Positions 32,997-43,906 of a stretch of 64,000 nucleotides of DNA are shown piece by piece. Below the pieces are notes generated by a model. It was given only the letters and a program-made list of their open reading frames with translations. It ran no database searches and had not been told where the DNA came from. The first letter of the stretch is position 1; each line of letters opens with the position of its first letter. Made by a program: the position numbers and the translations under genes. Source of the stretch: Cyanophora paradoxa CCMP329 (taxonomy: Eukaryota; Plantae; Glaucophyta); the NCBI GenBank assembly GCA_004431415.1, contig QPMI01000186.1:120736-184735 (forward strand), read 5' to 3'.

Positions 32997-33463
32997 CTAC
33001 ACCTCGCTGTCCCAGCGGTCGCGCGCCAACCGCTCTCTCCTCCTCCGCCGCACGCACGAGGCGATCTGCGTCACCTGCGGCGGCGTGAGAGGGGCCGGGG
33101 CGCCGGCGGGGCGCGCGTGCACGCGCCAGGACGAAGGTGAAGAGGGGGTAACGGAGGAAGACCCCGAGGACGCCGCCCTCGAGGCCGCGCCGCCGCTGAG
33201 AGGCGGCCTGGGCGCCCCCGCCGGCGCCGCCGTCCGGGGCCCGCAGCGTGGGCCCGAACTCGAGGGGCCCCGTCGCGAGGGTCGCCTCCGAGGCGGCCGG
33301 CGGGCGCCCCGGCGCCTTCCCCGCCATCGCCCGCAGCGCCGCCGCCGCCGCCGCCGCCGCCGCGTCGCTCCGCCACTTCCGCACGCTGTCCCGGTCGCCC
33401 AGCAGCCCCGCCGCCACGATCTCCTTCGAGGCCCCCGCCGCCGCCCCCGCAGGCGCTGCCGGG

Positions 33464-33498
<35 letters not shown>

Positions 33499-35681
33499 TG
33501 CTGCTGCTGGGCCCCGGCCCCAGCCGCCGTCCCGGCTTTGCCACCGGCTTCGCGGCGGCCTCGGCCGCGGGGGCGCGCTCCGCGGGGGCGGCCGAGGCCG
33601 GCGGCGGCGCGGCGCGGGGCCGGCCGACCTTGAGGACGGCGACGCCGTGCGGCTCGACCCGCGCCTGAAGCCTTGCCCCTGGCCCGCCGCCAGCGCCGCC
33701 AGCGCCTCGCCCGTTATCACGTCCAGCACGGGCACGGGCGCCGCCCCCTCCGCCGGCGCCGGCGCCGAGGGGCCCGCCGCCTGGGCGGCCGCGGCGAGGG
33801 CGGAGAGGGGCAGCGAGACGTCCCTTGCCTCCGCGTCGTGCAGGTTCAGCAGCGCCACTGCGCCCCGCCGGCCCCCGTCAGAGCGGCGGGGGAGGCGAGG
33901 GCGGGCCCCGCGGCCCGCCGCACCGGCCCAGGTGCCGTCGGCGAGGGGCCGCGCCCACGCCTCCGTGCCCCGCTCGCGGTCCGCGGCGACGCGGTCGGCC
34001 TGCACCCCCAGCGCGTCCTGGTCGATGGCGAGGAGGCCCCGGTGCTGCGCGCCGCCCCGGTCGGGCGAGGGGAGGGGGGCGCGCCGGAGCCGGGCGAGTC
34101 GAACCGTGAGGAGCTCGAGGACCTCGGGAGGCGTGCTCCGGACGTCGTGCCCGGCCATCAGCGGCGCCGCCAGCATGCACCTGCGCGCGCGCCGCCCCTC
34201 GCACCGGCGCCGGCAGCGGCGGAGAGGAGGGGGGAGGGAGGGGGGGCGGACCACATGGCGAAGTGGGTGCGGGCCTCGGCGGGGCTCAGCCCGCCGTTGC
34301 CCACCTCGAGCATGTCGGGATCGTTCCAGGCCCCCGGGCCGCTGAACTTCGCCAGGCCCGCCTGCGCCCGCAAGGCCCGCCCGCCTCGCCCCCGTGCGCA
34401 GCAGGGCCCCGCCCGCCCCCTCCCCGCACCTGCCGCTCCAGGATCTTCGCGATCGGCTCCGCGTACGAGTGCTCGGACTTGCTCCAGTGCGCTGCTCGGG
34501 CCGCGTTGGCGTCGGCACGCGCGGGGCGGCGGCGGCGGCGTGGGCCACGCTGAAGTTATCCCGACGCACCCGCGATGTCCTTCGTCGTCCGCCACATGTT
34601 GGAGACGCCCTTGCCCCACTCCCAGGGCTGAAGAAAGATGAAGGAAGAAGGATGGGCGGGCCGGGGAGGAGGCGGGCGGCACCTTCTGCTCGCCCCAGTT
34701 GCAGACGCTGAAGACGATGGGGCGCCCCGCCTCCTCCAGGGCGTCCCGGAAGGCCCCGTACGCCTCCCTCGCGTCCAGCTTCTCCGCCGAGCACCAGTCC
34801 ACCTGCCGCAAGTCGGCGGCGGCGGCGGCGCGGGGCGCGGGGCGCGAGCGCGCGCCTTGACGAAGTCGACGCCCCACTCGGCGAAGGTGAGGGCGTCGAC
34901 TGCTTCGTGCCCGCCGCTGCCCGGCCTGGCGCGCGCGTCGGGGGTGCCGGCCGGGCCGGGGGTCCGCGTTTGGCCGGCGCACCGCTTCTGGCACGTGAGG
35001 GGCCCGATCGAGGTGTAGATCCCGAGCTTGAGCCCGAGGGACCGCACGTACTCCGACAGCGCCTTGATGCCGGAAGGAAAGCGCTCCGGGTCGGCCGCGA
35101 GCCGCCCGTCCTCCCCCCGCTCGGGTGCCTCCCAGCAGTCGTCGATCACAACATACTGAGGGCACGGTCAGCGCAGCGGAACAGGGCGGGGCGGAGCGCT
35201 GCGCGAACCTCGTAACCCGCATCCTTCATGCCGTTCTCGGCTATCGCGGCTGCGCTCTCCTTGATCAGCGCCTCGCTTATGTCGCACCCGAACTTGTTCC
35301 AGGTGCTGTGGGCGGGGCGCGAAACCGGTCAGTCCCCACACGAGAGGCAAGCGAGCCCAGGCATTTCCCCTTACGCGCGGCAGCTAGTGCGCGGAGCATA
35401 GACCGGGGCTCGTGCGCCTGCGGCTCTGGTAGCTAAGAGTCGGAGAGGCGCACTTCCACCCCATGCTGCGAACCGGGATTAGGAGAGCAGCGAGGAAATT
35501 GTGGAGGCAATGCGGCGCACGGCGGCGTCCTCGCGAGCCCGTTCTCGAGCGCGTGTATCGTGCGATATGTCAGAAGCACCAGCGCAACCACGCTCATCTG
35601 CCATCTCCTTGCGCACATCCGCATCGACCCCGCCGGTCTCCTCCTCGCTCGCTGCGGCTGCGGCTGAACAGGGCGAACCAT
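32997..35681 (-). CDS. Alpha-galactosidase, glycoside hydrolase family 27, with a C-terminal extension and possible TM anchor
   Basis: [88 protein letters not shown]; start uncertain. Confidence 0.93.
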
Positions 35682-35956
35682 GCTGCCGGGGTAGAGGCGA
35701 GCGCGAGGGGGGAGCAAGCCAGCCCACAACCTTGAACCCCGCATGAGCACGAGACGCGGACTCGTAGCGGTTAGCGATGCAGCCAGCAGCCGCGTGGGGC
35801 GCCGCAGCGCGCCCCCTCACGCGCTTTGCCAGCTCAGCGGACTCCAGCGGCGATCAGGATTCTGACGGGTCCGCGGCTGTGTGCTCGCAGTCCTGTCGCC
35901 GCGTACGTAACGCTGCGCGCTTCAGTACAACGGACGCGGCCGCCCTGCGCGAAGGC

Positions 35957-38504
35957 ATGCGAACCGCGCACTTTCTGAAGAGCCTCCGGCGCATCGAGCT
36001 CGGGACGGAAACGGAGGAAGATCGCTTATTGTTGCTCTCGGAAACAAGCTTCAGATCTAGGGACCACGTCATGGCGCTCCTCGCGGAACGCAAACGTCAG
36101 GTGGACGCCAGCTCTTCGCAGCGCAGGTCAGGCTCGTACGCGTCCTCGCGCCTGTTTGATCTGACTCGGCGGGGTGTGGTCCAGAATCGCTCGTTCGTGG
36201 TTCGTGGACGGCTCTGACACGTGAGTCGCTCTCCACCAGCCACAACCCCACGAGAGCGTCGCCGCTGCAGCTGAGTGCCGCGCGCGCAGCTGCCTCGTGG
36301 ACGTGGACGACGTGTGGGGCGCCGAGCGCCGCGCGCTCGAGGCGGCAGCCGCGCGCCTCCCCTTCGAGCGCCGGTCCGCCCTGCCCCAAGCGCGCGCCTG
36401 CAGCTGGAGGGCGGGCCATAGCCACCTCGCTCAGCGCCCCCGTGCAGGGCGCTCCTGCAGGACAACGAGGCGTACGACGCGCGCCTCCTCGAGATCGACG
36501 AGCAGGTGCCCCGCGCGCGACCTCAACGCCCCGCCCGGCGCTGGCTGGCCCTCGACTCTAACAGCTGGCAGCTCGCCGAGCTGGCCATGCGCCCCGGCCG
36601 ACGGCGGCTCTCGGCGCCGGCGGCGGCCCCGGGGCCGCTCGAGCTCGCGACGCCGGCGCCCGATCAGCCCTCCGACCCGCCCGCCGGTCCCCCGGCCGAC
36701 CTGTCTGCCACCGAGGATCCCTCTCCGCGCTCCCTCAGCGCCTCTCCAGGGCCGGAGGAGCTTGAGCCTCCCGGCGCCGCCTCCGACGAGCCGAAGAGCG
36801 AAGGGACGGCCTCGCCGGGGCCCGTTGCCGGGGCCGCGAAGGGGCGGCGCAGGGCGCGCTCGCCGGCGAAGGGCCGGCGGCGGCGGCGCTCGACGGACGA
36901 CGGCCTCGACAAGGCCCGCGACCGCCAGCTCGGGGAGGCGCGCCCGCCCGCCGGCCGGCGCACTTGAGCTCCCGCGCTCCGATCGAACCTGACGCCGCGG
37001 CGCCCGCGCAGGCGCTGCAGCTCGCGCGGAGCTGGCCGCCGCCGAGGAGCGCGCCCGCGCCGCCGCCGCCGCCCCACCCAAGCCGCCCGCCCCGCCGGTC
37101 CCCGAGGCGAGGGCCCGCGTCGAGGCGCTGCTAGCGGAGTCGTACCCCGGGCTCTTCTCCTCCCCCCTCGCCACGGCGGCCTCGGCGCCCCCGGAGCGGC
37201 CCGGGCGCGCCGCGCCGCGCTCGCGGGAGGCCATCCTCGCCTCCCTCCGCAGCGTGCGCGCCCTCCCTTCTCCTTCTTCGCTCCCGCCTCTGTGCCCTCT
37301 CGCCCACGCCGAGGTTCGCCCCTCCCCCCGCAGGAACAGGAGGCGCGGAGGGCATCGGCCGCGCAGGGCGCGGCGGATCCGGGCTCCAGCCCCGCGGCCG
37401 CCGTGGGCGACGAAATCGCGGTCCGCCCTCCCGATCTCTTCGCTGGGCAACGACCCGCACCGGTACCTGAGCTCCCTTCGCTTTGCGGCAGGCCGAGATC
37501 GCGGCGAAGAAACTCGAGAGGGCGCGGGGCCGGCTGCGGTCCGTCGGCTTCGCGGGCCCCGGGGAGGCCGAGGAGCGCGGGGACGAGGGGCCGCCCCCCG
37601 AGGCGCTGCGCCCCGCCGCCTCCGCCCCGCCCTCCGTGCACCTCTCCGCGTGGGCCGACCCGGCCCCCGGCCCCTCCGGCCCCTCCGGCGGCCCCCGCGC
37701 CTCGCCGCGCTCGAGCGCCGGCGCCCGGGCGCCGCGCCCTCGGGTCCCTCCCCCGCTCTCCCCGCGCCCCTCCCTCACCGCCCCGGCCCCGGCCCCGCCC
37801 TCCCCGCCGCCTCGCCCTCCGGCCGCCCCCGCCGCGCCTCGGTCGCCGGCCTCTCCCCGCCCTTCCTCGAGCCCCCGCCCGCTTCCTCCTCGCGCTCACT
37901 GAGCCCCGGGCTACTCGCCGGCTCCTACAGCCTGAGCCCCGGCGCCCGCCCGTTGAGCCCCGGCGGCCGCCCCCTCAGCCCCGATGGCCGCCCGCTCAGC
38001 CCCGGCGCCCGCCCGCTCAGCCCCGGCGGCCGCGCGCTGAGCCCCGATGGCCGCCCGCTCAGCTCCGGCGGCCGCCCGCTCAGTTCCAGCGGCCGCCCGC
38101 TGAGCCCGGGACCCAACGCCCGCCCCAAAACCTCCGGACCCCCGCCTCCCGTCCGCACCGGAAACCTGTACCCCCTGCGGACGGTCGCGCGCCGGAGCCT
38201 GCCAACGCCCTCGTCTCCCCCGCAGTCCGGGGCGTCGCAGCGGCCGGCCTCGCCGCCCCGCGAGGTGGCGCGGGACCCCTTCAAGCAGCGGCGCCCGCTC
38301 CTCTTCCACGCCGCCGCCATCGAGGCGCCGGACCCCCTCCTCTCCCCTTCCGGCTCCCTGCCAGCCCTCGCCGTCGGCCCGCACGGCCCGGCTTCGATTC
38401 CCCCATCCATATCCCCAAAGGGCTTTCTGGGCGTCGGCCTGCCCCCGACCCCGGCGGGCCCGGGGTCCCACCTCGGCCGGCGACACTCCCTCTCCGTGCT
38501 GTGA
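35957..38504 (+). CDS. Hypothetical protein with helical N-terminus and Ser/Pro-rich C-terminus
   Basis: Exons such as MRTAHFLKSLRRIEL.. and ALLQDNEAYDARLLEIDEQ separated by typical short introns; terminal ORF ends 38504; start uncertain (35777 possible). Confidence 0.55.
37897..38112 (+). repeat. 21-nt coding tandem repeat RPLSPGG, about 9-10 copies
   Basis: ggccgcccgctcagccccggc-type units; SLSPGARPLSPGGRPLSPDGRPLSPGARPLSPGGRALSPDGRPLSSGGRPLSSSGRPLSPG. Confidence 0.9.
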
Positions 38505-38572
38505 GATCAAACCTCCTGTACAGAGCGATGGTATTTATTTATAATTACAGTCCCCTTGCGCCCAAAGTCAAG

Positions 38573-39706
38573 CTAGAACTCCCTGCCGGGCTTCATCTTC
38601 TCCGCGTTCTGTGAGCCCGCTCCGCCTATGAGGAACAGGAGGGAAGTTGGTGGAGCCGGGGCGGCCGCGGACCTTCGTGACGAAGTCGACGATGCGGTCG
38701 CGGACGAGGCCGCCGCTGCGCTCGATGCAGTGGCCGTCCTCCGGGAGGAGGAGGAGCTCCTTCGGCTCCTGCGCCTTCCGGTGCAGGATCTGCGCCACGT
38801 GAGCGGCGAGAGCGGGGCGCTCGCGCGCGAGGGCTCGGGCCCACGCGTGAGCAGTGGGCGCTCAGGCAGGTGTCCTTCTCCCCGTGGATGAACAGCACGG
38901 GCTTCCCTGCGAGGCCGCCTGCCGCGTCGGCCCAAGTGATCCGCCGAACTCGAAAGACCTAGGAGAGGCTAGCGCTGCTGCCGCAGTGCTCGGCGCCGCA
39001 CGCACCGATCACGTCGACGTCGTCGCAGCTCCCTGTCTGTGAGGCGATTGTGATGACGCCAGCCGCTGAAAAGCAGGGTTTCAGCGCAGGCGGAAAGAGC
39101 AGAGGCAGCGGTAGAACCTTCGGGACGGTGGGCGCCGACCGTGATGACGACCGCGCCTCCGAAGGACCAGCCGCAGATGAAGATCTAATTCAAACTAGTT
39201 CAGAAAGAGAAAAGATCGGGAGGACGGCGGATCTCGCGTGCCTTCTCGACACCCTTCATGCGCAGGTAATCGATTCCGCCGTTGAGATCAATGATGCACT
39301 CCTCCAGCCGCGCGGGCCGGCGGTAATCGAGGACGAGGGCGTGTACGCCGCGCCTCGACAGCTCAGCAGCGACCTCCGGATACAGTCCGCTCCTGCCTCG
39401 TGGTCAATCGAAGCGTCGTACAACGCGGCGTAGGCTCACGGCCCCTCAAGACCACCATCCACGCCTGAAATCTGAAGAGCGCGCGGCGCGCGCGCGCTCG
39501 CACTGAGCAGCGAGGCCTAGGTTGCGATCGCGCCTCGAACTACGCACGGCGATGAAGCCGAACGCCGCGCGCTCGCACGGGAACTCGAGGCCGCGCACGG
39601 AGCCCGCGGTGCGGGTGGGAACCGCGATGGCCGCGCCCTTGACCTCGTGTGGCTTCGGCACCGGGCACACGTCCGCGTGGTCGATGATGTTGCGTGCGTC
39701 GCCCAT
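38573..39706 (-). CDS. Small alpha/beta hydrolase (serine hydrolase)
   Basis: ISGVDGG, LVLDYRRP, nucleophile elbow GWSFGG, LFIHGEKDT (Asp), DGHC (His). Confidence 0.85.
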
Positions 39707-40389
39707 CCTTGATCGTGCGAGGAAGAAGAAGAAAACGGGCCGAGGCGCTACTCGACGCGTGAGCCCGAGAGGTGAAATGGGGAATGCGCGGAGGGGCCGA
39801 TTCGGGGGCGCGCGAGGCCGGAAAGCATGCGCCGCTTGCCTCTGAGAATTTCGAATTCCTGCCGGCCGGGTACTGAATTCTGCTCATTCGCGTACCCCAA
39901 AGCCACAAGCAAGTTGAAGCAACTTTGAACTACCGCGCTCAAGGTGCCGGCGCGGCAGCTCCGCGATTGCTGCGCGCGAGGCGATAGTCGCGCACGCGTG
40001 GGTCACTGCCCGGCCCGCGCTGGCCGACGCGCCGCGTCGTCGCCTCTCGTCGGCGTCCGCCGCCTCCGGGAGAGCGATCTGTTGGCTCAAGCGGCTAGCG
40101 CGGCGTCTAAAGCGCATTATACGCCCGATCCGGCTGCTTAATTGCTTCCGCGCGGGCAGTTTGACGAGAACCGGACTATAGCTAACTGCTCGGCCCGGCA
40201 TCGGCCGTCAGCGACAGCGCGTCAAAAGCAGGTGCGCGTGAACAAACCTCTAATCCTCCTCTAAGCTCGCTGCTTTGGGCGTGATAGCACCGTAACTAAA
40301 TTCCGCAACACCTTGGATAGCGTGCCCTCTCCTTAATCCGATCAGTCTCCCCGATCGCCGCTGATTCGCCGCCCGCAGCACCTCTCAAC

Positions 40390-43138
40390 ATGCGCTCTCG
40401 CAGAATGGAGACGAGAGCGCTCCGTCTCGCCCTCGCCCTCGTCCTCCTCGCGCTCGCGCTCGGCGCCGGCGCACCCGCCTCCGACGCCTTGTCTCCGCCC
40501 GGCGCCGCAAACCCGCCCCCAACGGATCCCAACCTCTTCTGCCCTTCCTTCACCGGAACGAGGTCCGCCGCGCCCCCTCGCACTGAAGACCCGTAACTCG
40601 GTCAGAATCTCACCGGAACCGCGCGCAGCTGCCGCGCCTGCGTCTTCGCGCAGTCGACCCGCGGGGAGTCCCGCCTCTGCAAGTGGTGTCCCGGCGACTC
40701 CAGCTGCCGCGGCTTCACCTCCGGAAGGCGAGCAATGGCCCGTGTCAGCCACCGACGCGAGCTCTCAACTGACGTGAACATCTTCGATTCGCCGCAGCTG
40801 CCCGACCCGCGAGACCGCCGTGACTGACACCGTCGGCGCGCTGGGCGCTGGGCGGCCTGCGGCCCCTCCCGACCCTCGGCCCCTGCTGACCCTCAGGCCG
40901 CGGTCTCGCGCAGAGTGCTCCTCGGACCCCAACGAAATCATCTTCGTGGAGCCTCGGTGTGACTTTTCGCGCATTTTGACATCTTTTTCGGAAATTCAAA
41001 CAAAGAAAGAAACTCATAAAACTTAGTAGCTCTTCCCCTCCCCCAATCTACCCCTTGGGAGGAGAGGGAACGCCTGCTGAGGGGCCCCAGGTACGACATG
41101 ACGTGGTCGGCCGGCAACAAGGGCCAGGTCCAGTGGTCAGCGAAGGCCCAGCCGCCGGACCGCCCCCGCGCCCCTCCGTCCGAGGCGCCTGGGGCCGGCA
41201 GGTACAACGCGACGGCCGGCGGCGCCCTCGCGACGGCGCGCGCCACCGTCACCCTCCGCCGGTGCCCCCGCCCGTGCCCCCAGCCTCGCGCTGCCTCCCT
41301 CAGAGCGCGCGGCAGGGACGAGCAGCGGTACGGCGCCGGGCGCGTCTACGGCATCATGGCGACGTGCGCTCGTCCCCTCCCGCTCCTCCGCGCGGGGCCC
41401 TGAGGCCGCGGGGCGCCGGGGCGCAGCGGCGTCTCCTTCGCCGGCGGCTGGGTCACGGAGGCCGGCGTGCCCCCCGAGGCCATCTCCGCCAAGGGCTACT
41501 ACGCCCAGGCGCCCCCGCCCCCGCCCGGAGCCCCGCGGGGTCGCCGAGGCGGCCGCGCAGGTCGACATGGAGAACAGCGGCTCGCTCGTCAAGATCGGCC
41601 GCTCGCCCTTCTTCGAGGTCGCAGGCGCGCCCCCTTCCGATGTGCAGCGCCCGCGTCTCGCTCTGAGCGGCGCCGCAGGCGGCCCGCAAGAGAGCGCGCT
41701 CAACGCGGCCGAGGGCGTCGCCGTCGCGGCGGTCGCCGGCGGCTGCCCCGCCAACACCGTCCCCTCCTACTGCAAGTGCGCCGTACCCCTCCCCTCTCCC
41801 CTCCCCCCCAGCCTCCGCTGACCCGCTCGAAGGCTCGCGTGCTCGCCCCGGCGCGTGGCCATCGAGTGCGGAGAGCCGCCTCAGGGTCTCCGTCAGCCTC
41901 AGGGCTTCCAGTGCGCTTCGGGTTCGGGTCGGTTGGGTCCCCTTTCCGAACCCGATGTACCCCCAGGCTCAAAGCCTGGACACTCGCTCTGGACCCCACC
42001 CAAGTCCGCAACACCGACGCGCCGGTACCCCGCCCGCAAACCCGGTACCGCGTCCCCCATGGATCGACAGCGACGTACCCCCGCAGGCCGTGCAGCTGAA
42101 CGTCTCCGCCGTCGGCCTCCCCAACGGCCGCGCCGCCGCCACCCTCGACTGTAAACACCCCGTACCTCATCCCCCGGCCCAGCTCACATACCCCCCCCCC
42201 CCCCCCCCCCCAGACCTCCGCAACTTCGTGCTACCCCTCGGCAACAACGTGGGGATGGAGTTCAAGGTAAAGACCTTTGATCCCCCGCGGGCGCCCCCGG
42301 GGGCGAGCGGGCGGCCGGCAGCACGTGGAGACGGAGAACGGGCGCGTCAAGATGGACGTCTACCTGGGGACATGTACCCCGCCCCTCTCCTCCCCAGCCC
42401 CCGGCTCGAGGCGGGGCGCCTGAGGCCGGGCGCAGGGCGCCCGCCCCTCTTCGTGGCCTACGAGGCGGCCACGGCCCTCGACGCGCGCCAGGCCCCGCCC
42501 GGCGCCCGCCGCACCCGTCTCACTGGGCCCGCAGGTCCCTGCGCCCGGGGTCGTCACCTCGACGGACGGGGAGCGCTCCCCCGCGTCCCCCGCCGCCGTC
42601 CGCCCGCCCCCTCTCTCCTCCCCGCCCTTCCTCGAATTCTTTCTGACCCCCTGCCAGCCCGTGGACGGAACGGGAGCCGGCACGGGGACGGGCGACCGCA
42701 CCGGGGCCGAGGAGGGCGGGGAGGGGGTGCAAGACGGGACGGGGGGCGTGCAGGGGACGACGCCGGCCACCGCGGCCGGCTCCTCCTCCGGGGACGGCGG
42801 CAAGATCGCAGGCGCGCCTCGCCCCTCCCCGGCCCCCGGGGCCCCAGCTGACGGAGGTAGGGCGCCAGGCGCCGTGGTCGGGTCCCTCGCCGGCGTCGCC
42901 CTCGTCGCCGGCGCCGCCTTCTTCGCCTACAAGAGGCGCGCCGGCTCCAGAGAGGGGCCCGGGGCGGCCTGACCCCGCCCGGGGCGCGCAGGCTGGCGCC
43001 GCGGCCGGCCCCCGAGAGCGGGCACGTGGAGAAGGCGCGGGTCGTCGAGGAGTCGCCCGGGCGAGCCCCGCCCCGCCCCGCCCCGCCCCGCTCCTCCCCG
43101 CTCTGACCGCGCGCGCGCGCAGCTTCCTGGCGTCTCTG
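40390..43138 (+). CDS. Type I membrane protein with signal peptide and N-terminal PSI-like Cys-rich domain
   Basis: LRLALALVLLALALGAGA signal; C..CRAC..CKWC..C..C..C; TM GAVVGSLAGVALVAGAAFFAYKR; end approximate. Confidence 0.65.
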
Positions 43139-43906
43139 AAGGAGCGCCTGCGCCGCGCCCGCGGCGGCGGCGAGGCCGAGGCCGCCGGCGCCGGCGTCGG
43201 GGCCTCGCTGGGCGGCGCCGACGGGCTCGACGCCGGCGCGGAGGCCGGGGTGCGAGACCCCCGAGCCTCCGGCTTCGGCCTCCCGTGGCCCTGACGCGGC
43301 CCGGCCCGGGCAGGCGGAGGCGGAGGCGGAGGCGGCCTTTGAGGACGCGCCGGAGGACGAGGAGGCGCCCTCGCCCCGCGCCCGCCCCGCCGGCCTCTAG
43401 CACCGACCTCGGGCTCGAGGCCGCCGGGCCAGCCCCTTCGAATCCGCGCCCGCGTCCGGGGGCCCTGCCCCGGCCGGCGTCAACGCTAAACTTCAAGCAC
43501 AATTTTCGCTGAATTTCCTTTATCAGTAGTGGAGTTAGATTTAGAATAGAGCGTGTGACTATGAGAGAACCGCTGAACCGTTGCATTTGATGCTAGCGCC
43601 ACGGGCTTCATGGAGTCAGCGCTATCTGCAGCTGCATGCGCAGAGCACGTAAACGTATACTTGCCGGCATTGACGTCGACAGCACTCTAGATCTGCGCGT
43701 CAAATTCGAATTTGCGCATGAAGGTCGGAGGAAGGGGCTAGAGAGATCAAGCAGGGAGGGGGAACGAAGGCAGCGGGAGTACAGGGTTTACAGAGAAGGC
43801 TTTTAAGCGCCGACCTCGTCACGGATACACCCAGCGCACGCAGCGGTATAACGCACACGCAGCTCTTCTTTGCCGATCCAGCAGCACCAAAGCGCCGCCG
43901 CGCACC

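Noticed and set aside
32997-35681. GH27 as part of the inositol cluster (galactinol metabolism)
   Set aside because: It lies about 8.5 kb from INO1 with four unrelated genes between, appears secretory, and no galactinol synthase is present.
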